From a virus (lineage: Duplodnaviria; Caudoviricetes): DNA of 24,506 nt. The stretch covers positions 1-24,506 of the IMG/VR virus record IMGVR_UViG_3300036942_000168; one strand, 5' to 3'. Below, piece by piece: positions 9,942 to 18,677 of the stretch (within the stretch, counting starts at the first letter, position 1; each line of letters opens with the position of its first letter). The translations under genes were made by a program, and so were the position numbers. The notes below the pieces were generated by a model. It did not search any database. It was not told the origin of the DNA and saw only the letters and a program-made list of their open reading frames with translations.

Positions 9942-10982
9942 TTAATCGGGATCTCCGAACAGCTCGCCGATATCGGTCAGAGAGCCCTTGTAGGCCTTGA
10001 CCCGCTTGCGGGCTTCCCTGCGCCGGGCGGTTGACTCGTTGGCCTGTGCGCTGCCACCGGCCCCTTCCAGGACGGGTGCGCGCTCGGTCACGGTGCGGCC
10101 CTTGGGCATGGCCCCGGCGACTTCGGTCGCGGTCATGGCACCGGGCACGTCCGGCTTCTGGGCGGCCTTGACAACGCCTTCGCGGAGCGCGTTGTACCGG
10201 CGCATGTAGAAGTCCGGGTCGGCGTCCAGACGGGCGTAGAGGCGTCTCGCCTCGTCCTCGCCGAACCGCTCGGCCACGTCCTTGACTTCCTGCGCGATGG
10301 CCTGGTGCACGGTCGGATAGTGCTCGTCCCGCTGGACAAACGCTTTTGCCGTATCCCTGCGTTGCTGCTGCTGCGAGGCAGTAAACTGCTTCTGCATCTG
10401 CTCCATGCGCGGTGCCAGTTCCTGCAAGGCCGCCTGCTTCGCCTTCCACTCGATGAACTCGAGCGGGTCTTCGGGCGGCTGTTCGGTTCCCTGTTGCTGT
10501 TGTTCCTGTTGCTGCTGGTTGCCGAATCCCAGGACGTGCGCGCGGAACGCGGGGTCGCGCTCCATCATCTGCATGATCTGCGCGCCGCCTGCGGCCTTTT
10601 CCGTGGCGCGGGAAAGCTCCTGGGACTTGCGCGATACAAACGCCTCCCGGTTCTTCTCCCAGGCAAGGGCCGCGTCCTGCACTTCCGGGGGAAGCTCGGC
10701 GAAACGCTTTTTCGCCTCTTCGTCCCAGTATGCGGGCAACTGCCGCTCCTGCCGTTCGCCTCCCGGCTGCTGCTGTTCGGGTTGGGTCTGCTCGGCCTGG
10801 GGCGCGGCTGCCTGTTCGGCCTGGCCGTCGTCTTCCCCGCCGTCTTCGTCGTCATCTCCGAACGCTTCGCCGATCTGCATGGGGTCGCCGTCAAAAGGCT
10901 CGTCCAGTTCGGACTCCTCGAGCTCGTCGCGCTCTTCGGCTTCGTCAGCCTCGACCGCGTCAACGGTCCACTGATCTTCCAT
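9942..10982 (-). CDS. Capsid scaffolding protein
   Basis: 346 aa. Very acidic disordered N-terminus, LPAYWDEEAK..F.ELPPEVQ and SRKSQEL motifs, coiled coils. Immediately precedes the capsid gene. Confidence 0.8.
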   Translation of the reverse strand: MEDQWTVDAVEADEAEERDELEESELDEPFDGDPMQIGEAFGDDDEDGGEDDGQAEQAAAPQAEQTQPEQQQPGGERQERQLPAYWDEEAKKRFAELPPEVQDAALAWEKNREAFVSRKSQELSRATEKAAGGAQIMQMMERDPAFRAHVLGFGNQQQQEQQQQGTEQPPEDPLEFIEWKAKQAALQELAPRMEQMQKQFTASQQQQRRDTAKAFVQRDEHYPTVHQAIAQEVKDVAERFGEDEARRLYARLDADPDFYMRRYNALREGVVKAAQKPDVPGAMTATEVAGAMPKGRTVTERAPVLEGAGGSAQANESTARRREARKRVKAYKGSLTDIGELFGDPD

Positions 10983-11014
10983 GGTCGTTCTCCTTGGTTA
11001 TTCGTTGCGGCGGA

Positions 11015-11323
11015 TCAGGATACCCGCCGTACCTTCTTCACTTCGCCGGAAAGTTCCGCCTGGGCCTTGGTCCCTTGCGAGATGTCGCCGTCGATTTTGT
11101 TCTCGATGGCCTCCAGGACCATGAGCTGCGACCGGCAGGCGCTAAATTTGTCCCGCTCCATCGGGGACAGGTGCAGGATGTTCCGCTCCAGGGCCTCCCG
11201 GTAGTCCTTGATGACCTTGTTGAAGTACCGGTTGCCCTTGAGCTTGCGGGCCTGCTCCCCTTGCTGGAATTGCGCCTCCAGGGATTCCCTGCGCGCCTGG
11301 TCCTTGTCCTGGTCTTTGGGCAT
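11015..11323 (-). CDS. Small helical protein between portal and scaffold
   Basis: 102 aa. GGAGG SD 5 nt before the ATG. Overlaps the portal 3' end by 182 nt in another frame. Confidence 0.7.
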   Translation of the reverse strand: MPKDQDKDQARRESLEAQFQQGEQARKLKGNRYFNKVIKDYREALERNILHLSPMERDKFSACRSQLMVLEAIENKIDGDISQGTKAQAELSGEVKKVRRVS

Positions 11324-13166
11324 TCATGCCTCCGGTGAGTTGCTGCAGTTGCCCCTGCAACTGCTGGATGGTCTGCTGCATTCTCTGCAACGTGTTGAAC
11401 TCCTCGTCCGAGAACTGGAGGTCGTCCACGGACACGCCCATCAGCTTGCCGATCTTGCGCTCGGTGCGGATGAGATGTTCGGGACCGGCCACCCCGGCGG
11501 GGATCAGCGCCTTGGCCAACTTCTGAAAATGCTGTTCCAGGACCTGAGCCTGCTGCATGCGGTCCTGCGGGCCCACGCCGACCTCGATCTCGATGTCGTG
11601 GCGGCCCTGCAGGTCCTCCGGGGTGATCTGGATGGCGTCCTTGCCGATGAGCGTGAACGCCTCCTTGGGCGGCCACGTCTGATTGATCCACATCATGTCC
11701 TTGAGGACCTTCTTGAGCGGACCGCCAAGGAGCTTGGCGTAAAACTTCTGCCGCTGCTGCCCGGCGTTCTGCAGGGCCATGGTCCCGGTCGCGGTCTTGC
11801 CCATGGAATCGGCGGTCAACCCCTGATTCAGCGAGTTGACGCCGCTGGTGCGCTCGTAGTCCGTGCGCTTCATCTCGATGGCGTCCAGGATAGTCTTTCC
11901 GGGCGCGTCCGGCTTGACGTTGTCGTAAGCCCCGGCCTGCAACGAAGGGTGTAGCAGTGTGTCGCCGATGGTCCGCTTGGCCCACTGGTTGGCGAACGTC
12001 GCATCGCTGGTGACCATGGTCCCGTAGGCGGCCTCGGCACTGGCGTCGGTGAAGATGCGCCGCAGGTTGGTCATCTCGCGCTGGTCGCTTTCCAGGTGCA
12101 AAGGCAGGGGCGCGCCCTCGAAGCGGAACGGGACGTTGAACAACTTACCGGCCCGGAACGGCGGACGGCGGTACGGACTCTCCTCGACGCTCAGAATGAC
12201 CGTCCCGGTCTTGCGGATGATCACGTTCTCGAGCAGTCCGTCGCCGTCGATGTCGAGCCGGGTGTGGATTTCGTCCACGAACACGGTCATGCCCGGTCCG
12301 AGACGCTCATTGTCCGTGTCGAAGGAGTTACCTTCTATGTCGGCCACGTCCAGGTCGTCGGTCGTGTAGATGGCCTCCCACTCCTCGCGGAGTTCGGGCA
12401 CGTCCAGGTCGTCATGCTTTTCCTCGGCTGCCGCCGAGGCGGAGCCCTTGCGATAGACCCCGGACCGCTCCTTGCGGGTTATCTCGTCGATGGTCTTGCG
12501 CGTCCGGTGGATGACCACGCGGGCGTCGTCGATGGACTTGGCGCCTGGGGAGATAAGGAACTCCCACGGCGGCAGGGCTTCCACCCTTGGCCCCCTGAAA
12601 ATTTCCTCGCGCTTGACCATTTTCACGTTCTGGTAGGTGACGATCACGGTGCCGTCTTCCTGCATGGTCTCTACCTGGTCGAACTTGGCCGCCTGGTAGC
12701 CGTTCTGCTGGAGCGTGGCGAACTGCACCTGATTGAGCTCGTCGAATTCTTCCGACATCGTGTCGTACTGCTCGTCGAACCAAACCTTGATGACCCCGTT
12801 GTGGTAGCGCAGGGCCACCTCCATGTAGGTCAAAAGCTGGGTGGCTCCGTCCTGCTGGCTGAAAAGCTGGTTGCGCAGGAGCTTCTTGTTCTTCTCCGCC
12901 CGGTCGTTGTTCTCCATGAGGACCGTAAAAAAGTCGGGATGCGTGAAGATGGCGTCCAGACCGGGGAGCAGCCAGTTGATGGTGTCGAACACCACGGCCG
13001 CGACGTGCTGCGAAAAGCCGTCCTGCTCGTTGCCGAGCTTCTCCCTGTTGTACAGGTCGGAACACCGTTTGCGCTCCTCGGAGAGTTGGCGCGCCCAATC
13101 CTCGGCCTGGTCAATGTCGGGCTGGATGAGTTCCAGGATTTCGTCGTCGCTGATCTTGATCTTCAT
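11142..13166 (-). CDS. Portal protein (P22-like podovirus type)
   Basis: 674 aa directly after terL (ATGA overlap). V.DTINWLLP.L..IF, PPWEFLISP.A, DIDGDG..E, ERTSGVN...QG and KTATG motifs. Q/G/P-rich tail. Confidence 0.9.
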   Translation of the reverse strand: MKIKISDDEILELIQPDIDQAEDWARQLSEERKRCSDLYNREKLGNEQDGFSQHVAAVVFDTINWLLPGLDAIFTHPDFFTVLMENNDRAEKNKKLLRNQLFSQQDGATQLLTYMEVALRYHNGVIKVWFDEQYDTMSEEFDELNQVQFATLQQNGYQAAKFDQVETMQEDGTVIVTYQNVKMVKREEIFRGPRVEALPPWEFLISPGAKSIDDARVVIHRTRKTIDEITRKERSGVYRKGSASAAAEEKHDDLDVPELREEWEAIYTTDDLDVADIEGNSFDTDNERLGPGMTVFVDEIHTRLDIDGDGLLENVIIRKTGTVILSVEESPYRRPPFRAGKLFNVPFRFEGAPLPLHLESDQREMTNLRRIFTDASAEAAYGTMVTSDATFANQWAKRTIGDTLLHPSLQAGAYDNVKPDAPGKTILDAIEMKRTDYERTSGVNSLNQGLTADSMGKTATGTMALQNAGQQRQKFYAKLLGGPLKKVLKDMMWINQTWPPKEAFTLIGKDAIQITPEDLQGRHDIEIEVGVGPQDRMQQAQVLEQHFQKLAKALIPAGVAGPEHLIRTERKIGKLMGVSVDDLQFSDEEFNTLQRMQQTIQQLQGQLQQLTGGMNAQRPGQGPGAQGIPGGAIPARGAGPQAQGQPVLQQGHQGLPGGPGAEHPAPVPDGAGQI

Positions 13167-14731
13167 GCCAGTCTCCGGACTTTGGTGATGCCCATGTTGT
13201 GTATGCCGATACCGGACCGGTCGTGGCGGTCCATGACCGGCTGCGCGAAAGTCAGAGCCAGGGCATCGCCCTCGTCAGGCGACCGCTGGCCGCGTTTCGC
13301 CATCTGCTCCTTGCTCTCGAGCAAAATTCTTTGCTGGTTGTCGTAGGTGTAGCCGGGTGCGCACATGTCGGATTGCAGGCTGTCGCTGTCCTCGATGCAG
13401 ACCGGTTCGGCGTCGTTCTCGGTCCAGTCGCGCATTTCGCCCCACATCTCGGCGCGCTTGTTCACGTACCGGTCGGGCCGAAACACTTCCTTGGAACCGA
13501 AGTTGACGGGCACGATCCACCTGCCGAACGGCATGTCCTTGACCTGGTCGTAAATGGGGCCGCCCAGCCCGCCGATGTCGATGAACATCCAGTCCACCGG
13601 GTTCTCGGTCTCTTCGGTGAACAGCCTGACGATCTCGCCTATGATGGCCTTGGTATCCGGCGTCTGGAACACGCGCCCGGCCCAGGCCACGCGGCCCTGC
13701 CGGTTGTAGAAAGACGTGCGGTCGCCGCCTCTGGCCGGGTCCACGCCCACTATGCGCGCCCCGGACTGTTCCACATCCCGGCGCTTGCGGGCGGTGATGA
13801 CGGATTCCGGCTTGATGAACGAATCGTGTCCGGTGACCTGGAACGCTTCGGCCGCGCAACACGGGTACTCCTGCTTGAAGAGCACATCGTCGCCCGCGAA
13901 ATCGGACGCGATCTTGCTGCGTCTCCAGGCCAGGTGCCGCCAGGTCATACCCTCGCGCTCGTACAAGGCGAAAAGTTCTGATTCCTCGGCGGTGGGTTCC
14001 CACCCGTCCGGAAGGTCCACGGTGTACTCATCCTGCCAGAACCAGGGCACGAAGATAGCGATGTACTCGCCTATTCCGGCCTCGGCAGCCTGCCACATGG
14101 GGTGGAACATCGGGTCAAACCCGTTGGCGGTGGATTCCAGGATGATCTCCTCGGCCTCGTTGGCCGCCTGGAACACGCCGGTCTGAATCTTCTGCGGGTT
14201 TTTCCAGAAGGCGACCTCGGAACCGTGGAAAAAGTCTATGGTGTCCGAGCGGCCCACTTCGCCGTCTCCGCCCGCCGTTCCCAGCGAATAGGAGGAGTCC
14301 AGTTTGTCGAAGACCAGTTCCTTGCGGTTGGAATAGGACGTGGACGGCGTGACCAGGGGGTTGTTGTTCTTGTGGAACCGCTTGACCATCTTGAACAGGT
14401 TGTTCGTGGCGTCGTCCCTGTGGGTGAGGATGAAAGTGTTCACGCCTTTGCGGTGGGTGGTCTTGTGGTAGAACCGGCCGCCGACATAGGTCGAGCACCC
14501 CTGTTGCCGCCCTTTGAGGATGAGCGCGCGCACCTTGCCCTGCAGCTTCCACTGCTCTTCCAGGCGGGCGTTGATAAATTCCTGTGCAAGGTTGAGCTTG
14601 AACGGGATGATCTTCTGCGGCTTGCCCTCACTGACAACGGCCTTCTTGGCGCGAATCTTGAGACACTTCGCGGCGAAGTGCCGGAAGTCGTCCCGCAGGC
14701 GCTTGCGTATGGCCAGTTCACGGTCAGTCAT
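13163..14731 (-). CDS. terL: Terminase large subunit
   Basis: 522 aa. Walker A variant ILKGRQQGCST, Walker B FFHGSEVAFW, coupling motif ILESTANG, nuclease motifs GVDPARGGD and SPDEGDALALTF. Confidence 0.95.
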   Translation of the reverse strand: MTDRELAIRKRLRDDFRHFAAKCLKIRAKKAVVSEGKPQKIIPFKLNLAQEFINARLEEQWKLQGKVRALILKGRQQGCSTYVGGRFYHKTTHRKGVNTFILTHRDDATNNLFKMVKRFHKNNNPLVTPSTSYSNRKELVFDKLDSSYSLGTAGGDGEVGRSDTIDFFHGSEVAFWKNPQKIQTGVFQAANEAEEIILESTANGFDPMFHPMWQAAEAGIGEYIAIFVPWFWQDEYTVDLPDGWEPTAEESELFALYEREGMTWRHLAWRRSKIASDFAGDDVLFKQEYPCCAAEAFQVTGHDSFIKPESVITARKRRDVEQSGARIVGVDPARGGDRTSFYNRQGRVAWAGRVFQTPDTKAIIGEIVRLFTEETENPVDWMFIDIGGLGGPIYDQVKDMPFGRWIVPVNFGSKEVFRPDRYVNKRAEMWGEMRDWTENDAEPVCIEDSDSLQSDMCAPGYTYDNQQRILLESKEQMAKRGQRSPDEGDALALTFAQPVMDRHDRSGIGIHNMGITKVRRLA

Positions 14732-15122
14732 CCAATGCCTCCAGGGCCTGTTCGTGGGTCAACGTGATCCCGCCGCTGTGCTCATGGTTGATCTTGTCAC
14801 CGTACACCTTGGGCCGCATCTTCCCGGCTGCCCATTTTCGTGCGTCGATCTGGACCCGCGCCTTTTGTGGGTCCTTTGTATTGTCGGCGATATCCACGAC
14901 CTCATCGAAGAACCCATCCGCCTGACACTCACGCGCACGGCGGTACATGTCCGGGAATCCGTCTTCCCGCGCGGCATCGGTGGCGCCGCACGCCCACTCG
15001 AAAACGCTCCCCCTGCTGGGCATGCTCTTGGGACGGCAAATCTTCCGCAGCGACGCGCCTTCAGCGAGCTTCCGGCAAATCTCTGTGGCGATTTTGTGCG
15101 TGTAGGTGATACCCCCGGCCAT
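14724..15122 (-). CDS. terS: Terminase small subunit (Sf6 gp1-like)
   Basis: Start revised to ATG 15122 (TAAGGAG SD), giving 132 aa. YT..IA.EIC..LAEG.SLRKIC....MPS...V..W and R.QIDARKW.A.K..PK.YGDK motifs. Confidence 0.9.
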   Translation of the reverse strand: MAGGITYTHKIATEICRKLAEGASLRKICRPKSMPSRGSVFEWACGATDAAREDGFPDMYRRARECQADGFFDEVVDIADNTKDPQKARVQIDARKWAAGKMRPKVYGDKINHEHSGGITLTHEQALEALDD

Positions 15123-15133
15123 GGCCTCGCTCC

Positions 15134-15370
15134 TTACTTGGTGGCCCACGGAAAAATTTTCATGACCATTGCCCCTATCGCCCCGGCCGCCGTGCACATG
15201 GTGGTTACAGCCAGCCAACCGCCTTTGCGCTGTTGCGACTCTCCTTCCAGTTCCTTGAGACGAGACTCGTGGTCCTCCCACCGCTTGGCCCGCTCGTCGT
15301 CGCGCGAAAAATGGGCCTTGAGCATTTCCTCAATGCGGGCAAGACGAACTTCGGCGGACTCATTCGGCAT
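15134..15370 (-). CDS. Small coiled-coil protein with C-terminal membrane anchor
   Basis: Start revised to ATG 15370, giving 78 aa (MPNESAEVRLARIEEML...GWLAVTTMCTAAGAIGAMVMKIFPWATK). Confidence 0.65.
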   Translation of the reverse strand: MPNESAEVRLARIEEMLKAHFSRDDERAKRWEDHESRLKELEGESQQRKGGWLAVTTMCTAAGAIGAMVMKIFPWATK

Positions 15371-15635
15371 CGCCGCCCCCGACACTCGCCTTGATGGCGG
15401 CCTTGTCCGCATTGGCCCGGCGCAGGGCTTCGAGCCTGTCCTGGCAGCACTGGACCAAATCGCCATTTGTCGTCGCCTGGCTGCAATCCGGCTCCGGTGT
15501 CGGCTCCATCAGGTGAGCCGGTGGGGCGATGCGGACGACCTTCGACACCGTGACCACTTCCGGTCGCCTACTGGAGCAGCCCGCGCACAGCAGTGGGCAG
15601 AGGAGTATCAGCCCAATCGCGAGTTTCAGGTTCAT
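15360..15635 (-). CDS. o-spanin (Rz1-like lipoprotein)
   Basis: 91 aa. Signal peptide with lipobox CAG|C, Pro-rich segment, Cys residues and a C-terminal helix ANADKAAI. Overlaps the i-spanin 3' end. Confidence 0.8.
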   Translation of the reverse strand: MNLKLAIGLILLCPLLCAGCSSRRPEVVTVSKVVRIAPPAHLMEPTPEPDCSQATTNGDLVQCCQDRLEALRRANADKAAIKASVGGGDAE

Positions 15636-15948
15636 TACTCAGGGCCTCCCGCCATTTGCGCCGAGCGGCGTCCCGCTCGACCTCGATTGCCTTGATGGCC
15701 TGGTCCCGTTCGGCCAGGGCCTCGTCCTTTGTCGCGGAAATTCGTTTGAGTTCGGCCAGGGCCACCTTGTTGGTTTCATAGGCCGTCTGGACGGCGGCAA
15801 GGCTGGTGCGCGCTTGGGCGAGGTCTGCGCGGAGGTTGGCACGGGACATGGCAAGCCAACCGATGACGGCGGCCACAGCGAGGATCAAGCCGCCAATGGC
15901 CGCAAATTTGGCCCACTTGGATACTCCTAAAACCGATGAGAGGATCAT
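15568..15948 (-). CDS. i-spanin (Rz-like)
   Basis: 126 aa. N-terminal TM helix, long coiled coil and C-terminal WADTPLP.AV.GLL. Confidence 0.8.
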   Translation of the reverse strand: MILSSVLGVSKWAKFAAIGGLILAVAAVIGWLAMSRANLRADLAQARTSLAAVQTAYETNKVALAELKRISATKDEALAERDQAIKAIEVERDAARRKWREALSNEPETRDWADTPLPTAVRGLLQ

Positions 15949-16199
15949 TTCTTCCCCCCTTTATCTCGGTTCTCGACGGCCCTTTGCGCGGCCTTAATAC
16001 CCAGGACGGACAGGACCATGACGATCATGTCCCAGCCCATGGGTTGCCATTTGTCGCCGGAGATGGAGAGCCACGTCCAAACGAGCATGACATTCCCGGC
16101 AACCAGGAAGGCGGCAATGCGCATGGCCGAAGGGCCGCCGTTGGGCTCTTCAAACGCCCCGGCAATCCACCGGAACACCTTGCGCGTCACCGCCTTCAC
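15945..16199 (-). CDS. Putative holin
   Basis: 84 aa, GTG start with GGAG SD. Two TM helices and a basic C-terminus, inside the lysis cassette. Confidence 0.65.
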   Translation of the reverse strand: MKAVTRKVFRWIAGAFEEPNGGPSAMRIAAFLVAGNVMLVWTWLSISGDKWQPMGWDMIVMVLSVLGIKAAQRAVENRDKGGKK

Positions 16200-16212
16200 G
16201 TTCTCTCTCCGC

Positions 16213-16341
16213 CTACAGCACCAGGCCGATGATCAGGCCGACGGCCAGCAGGGCCGCGCCGCCGATCACGCACCACTTGTGCCGGGCCCAGAACCCTTCC
16301 GCCGCGTTTTCAATCGCCTTTTCGTCAACGTACTTGCCCAT
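16213..16341 (-). CDS. 42-aa single-TM protein in the lysis cassette
   Basis: Not in the ORF track. MGKYVDEKAIENAAEGFWARHKWCVIGGAALLAVGLIIGLVL, GAGG SD. Fills the gap between lysozyme and holin. Confidence 0.7.
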   Translation of the reverse strand: MGKYVDEKAIENAAEGFWARHKWCVIGGAALLAVGLIIGLVL

Positions 16342-16367
16342 GATGTGCCTCGCTTAGTTTTGCCGCC

Positions 16368-16835
16368 TCAGCGGCCGTATCCGTCGCCGTGAAATTCTTC
16401 GCGCACCGGGGCCAGGAACAGATCCCGCTCCTTTGCCCGCCGGGTGGTCAGCCCCCGCAACACGCGCCCCTTGGACCGATTCCAACGCGGGAACTCGTCG
16501 GCAGCGCCCTGGACGTCACCAGCCCGCAACTTGCGCAGCAAGGTGGACGATTCGAACGCGCCGAAGCCGACGTTGAAAACGAACGAGACGAGCGCGGAAA
16601 ACTGATTTTCGTTCAGCCAGTCAGGGGCCAACGCCTCAACGGCCTCTTCGGCCCACTCCACGTCCTCGGTCAGGAGCATGAGAGCCTGCGTCTCGGTGAT
16701 CTCCTGCCCCTCGTGCACGTCGTCGCCGGTATGGCCAAATCCGATGGTCAGGACGCCAGCCGGGCAGTAGTAGGCCCGCAGCCGCAGCGATTCGGATTCG
16801 CGGATGATGTCCATGCCTGCCCGATTGGTGTGCAT
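16368..16835 (-). CDS. Endolysin, GH24 phage lysozyme
   Basis: 155 aa. E.LRL.AY.CPAGV.TIG.GHT catalytic region, NQF.ALVSF.FNVG and GL..RR..E..LF motifs. Confidence 0.95.
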   Translation of the reverse strand: MHTNRAGMDIIRESESLRLRAYYCPAGVLTIGFGHTGDDVHEGQEITETQALMLLTEDVEWAEEAVEALAPDWLNENQFSALVSFVFNVGFGAFESSTLLRKLRAGDVQGAADEFPRWNRSKGRVLRGLTTRRAKERDLFLAPVREEFHGDGYGR

Positions 16836-16838
16836 CGT

Positions 16839-17000
16839 CTACACTCTCTCGTACAGGGCCCAGGCCGTGGCCCGCTCCCACACCAGCGAAATGCGCCGGG
16901 CCACTCGCGAGGAGCACCCGACGCATCGCAGTCGGCAATAGACATGCAGCGGGTTGAACCGGTGCTGCATGTCTGAGCGTATGGTGGAGAGGATTGCCAT
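16839..17000 (-). CDS. Small basic hypothetical protein, first gene of the late operon
   Basis: Start revised to ATG 17000, giving 53 aa (MAILSTIRSDMQHRFNPLHVYCRL...). Its stop is 3 nt before the lysozyme ATG. Confidence 0.6.
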   Translation of the reverse strand: MAILSTIRSDMQHRFNPLHVYCRLRCVGCSSRVARRISLVWERATAWALYERV

Positions 17001-17032
17001 GGTGCCTGCCCCGTTTGTTTGGGAGACACCGT

Positions 17033-17090
17033 AGCATAGGGTAAATTCGACGAGCGCTCCCAGACGCGCACAGACGCGCATAGACGCGCC
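17033..17090 (-). promoter_or_regulatory. Putative activator-dependent late promoter with three 10-bp direct repeats
   Basis: Plus strand CAGACGCGCA CAGACGCGCA TAGACGCGCC at 17061-17090. On the minus strand, a -10-like TATGCT (17033-17038) with a non-consensus -35. Confidence 0.6.
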
Positions 17091-17112
17091 ACGAGGGGGG
17101 TTGACAGGGTTT

Positions 17113-17322
17113 TTAGGCCGCGTCTTTGTTGCGACTCTGATTGACCCGCCAGGCCTGCAATTCGTTGTACTCAGCCGAGAACCGGCAGGGGTTGCCCTTG
17201 CCGTCGTAGTCAACGGCGATGGGCGCGCCATCCGCCCACCACCGCTTGACCGTGTCGCGCCCCGCCTTGAACTCGTCGCAGATGGCCTGCAAGCTGCTCA
17301 GGTGCTTTGGAGCCACGACCAT
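17113..17322 (-). CDS. Small winged-HTH (MerR/Xis/Nu1-like) DNA-binding protein, candidate late activator
   Basis: Start revised to ATG 17322 (TGATG overlap), giving 69 aa. LQAICDEFKAGRDTVKRWWADGAPI is HTH-like. Sits in the Q-equivalent position. Confidence 0.7.
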   Translation of the reverse strand: MVVAPKHLSSLQAICDEFKAGRDTVKRWWADGAPIAVDYDGKGNPCRFSAEYNELQAWRVNQSRNKDAA

Positions 17323-18437
17323 CACGCCGCCCGCTCCTTGAAGTCCACCAGGACGATGCCAGGTGAAGACTCGCCGTCGCCGCTCACCTTGTACCGCCCC
17401 GTCTCGGTCACGCCCAGGTCGCGGAGGATGCCGGTCGCGGAGATGACTCGGGTGTTCCCATCCTGGACGCGGAGCTTGACGCTGTTTCCGTCCGTGGGCT
17501 CGTCGAGCGGCACTAGGGCCAGCACCTGGGCCTCGGCGTCTGAGTAGACGTCCACGTACTTGGCATTGGCCATGCCGAACTGGAGGACGGTCACGGCGTT
17601 CAGGGCCAGGTCCACGCCCTTGGCGTTCTTGCGCACCGCTGCGAACGGCTGGTTGGTGGATGTGGTGCGGTGCGGGACATGCCGGGTCAGGGTCAGGCCG
17701 CCAACGTTGATTGCGGAGACGTCGTTGCCGGACGCCCCGGAGCACGCGCACTTGTCGCACGCCTTGGGTGCCTCCGGTTCGTCCTGTGGGATGCCGTGCC
17801 GCGCCTCGTCAATCTCCCGGTAGGTCGGCGTACCCGGCTCCCAGGGGATGTGCCCCATGACGTACCCCGGAGGTATCACCGTCCAGGTGTACGTCCCGTC
17901 CCCGTTCTCGCGTAGCCGCCCATCGTTCGCGTACTTGTAGCACGACGCACACAGGCCATGAGAGGCAATCTTCTTGTCGTCCCGCCCACACCCGACACAG
18001 GTAACTTTCTTCGGTTCGGCCGGGGCATGGTACTCCTCGGCCTTGGGCTCGTCGGCCAGCACGTATTCCGGTTCCGGGATCAGCCACGCCCACCCGTCTC
18101 CCTCGCGGATGAGCTCACCGGCCCGCCTGTACTTGGAGCACTCCCCACATAGTCCGCCAGTCAGGGAGTACGGGCCCCAGCCACAACATTCGCAGTTTCC
18201 ACGTTTCGCCACAGTCTTGGCCTCCTTTGGCAGCCGTTCAGCCACCGTCTTGATGAGCGCGCCGTACTCGGTGCACCGCTCGCACTGGTTGATCTTGTGG
18301 GGCTGGTTCCCGGTGGTGCTCCAACCGCCCACCCTGGCCCGGTTCGCCTCACACTGCTCGGGCGTAATCCTGGCCCGGATATGCGGACACTCGAACGTGT
18401 GCCGTTCCTGCCACGCCTGGATTTCAGCGTCGGTCAC
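17322..18437 (-). CDS. Multi-zinc-finger hypothetical protein
   Basis: 371 aa, GTGA overlap start. Several CxxC pairs including two related CxxCG-x(8-10)-GLCxxC modules, and a beta-rich C-terminal domain. Confidence 0.75.
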   Translation of the reverse strand: MTDAEIQAWQERHTFECPHIRARITPEQCEANRARVGGWSTTGNQPHKINQCERCTEYGALIKTVAERLPKEAKTVAKRGNCECCGWGPYSLTGGLCGECSKYRRAGELIREGDGWAWLIPEPEYVLADEPKAEEYHAPAEPKKVTCVGCGRDDKKIASHGLCASCYKYANDGRLRENGDGTYTWTVIPPGYVMGHIPWEPGTPTYREIDEARHGIPQDEPEAPKACDKCACSGASGNDVSAINVGGLTLTRHVPHRTTSTNQPFAAVRKNAKGVDLALNAVTVLQFGMANAKYVDVYSDAEAQVLALVPLDEPTDGNSVKLRVQDGNTRVISATGILRDLGVTETGRYKVSGDGESSPGIVLVDFKERAA

Positions 18438-18667
18438 TTGTATTCCTCCTGCAGGGCGCGAATCCCGGTGGCTATCAGGTCGAGCAGTTCGTCATTGACC
18501 CGGGCCACACCCTCATCGTCGTTGGCCGCAGCAGCAACCTCTCCGTGCTCTTCGGAGATGATGGACAGGGCCTCGAAAAGCCCGCCGCCGTGCGGGGTGA
18601 ACTCTGGATGTTCCCGCCGGGCACGCTCAAGCCTGGCCCGGATTCGCTGCATGGTGATATCTTGCAC
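18434..18667 (-). CDS. MazG-like all-alpha NTP pyrophosphohydrolase
   Basis: Start revised to GTG 18667 (AAGGAG SD right at the tRNA CCA end), giving 77 aa. EEHGEV...ELLDL acidic motif. Confidence 0.6.
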   Translation of the reverse strand: MQDITMQRIRARLERARREHPEFTPHGGGLFEALSIISEEHGEVAAAANDDEGVARVNDELLDLIATGIRALQEEYK

Positions 18668-18677
18668 TGGTTCTCCT

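Noticed and set aside
17101-17106. Perfect TTGACA as a plus-strand antisense promoter
   Set aside because: There is no acceptable -10 hexamer 16-18 nt downstream.
6393-17760. Longest-ORF starts at 8102, 15281, 15466, 17231 and 17760
   Set aside because: Each extends into an upstream gene in another frame. Coupled or SD-supported starts are at 7913, 15122, 15370, 17000 and 17322.
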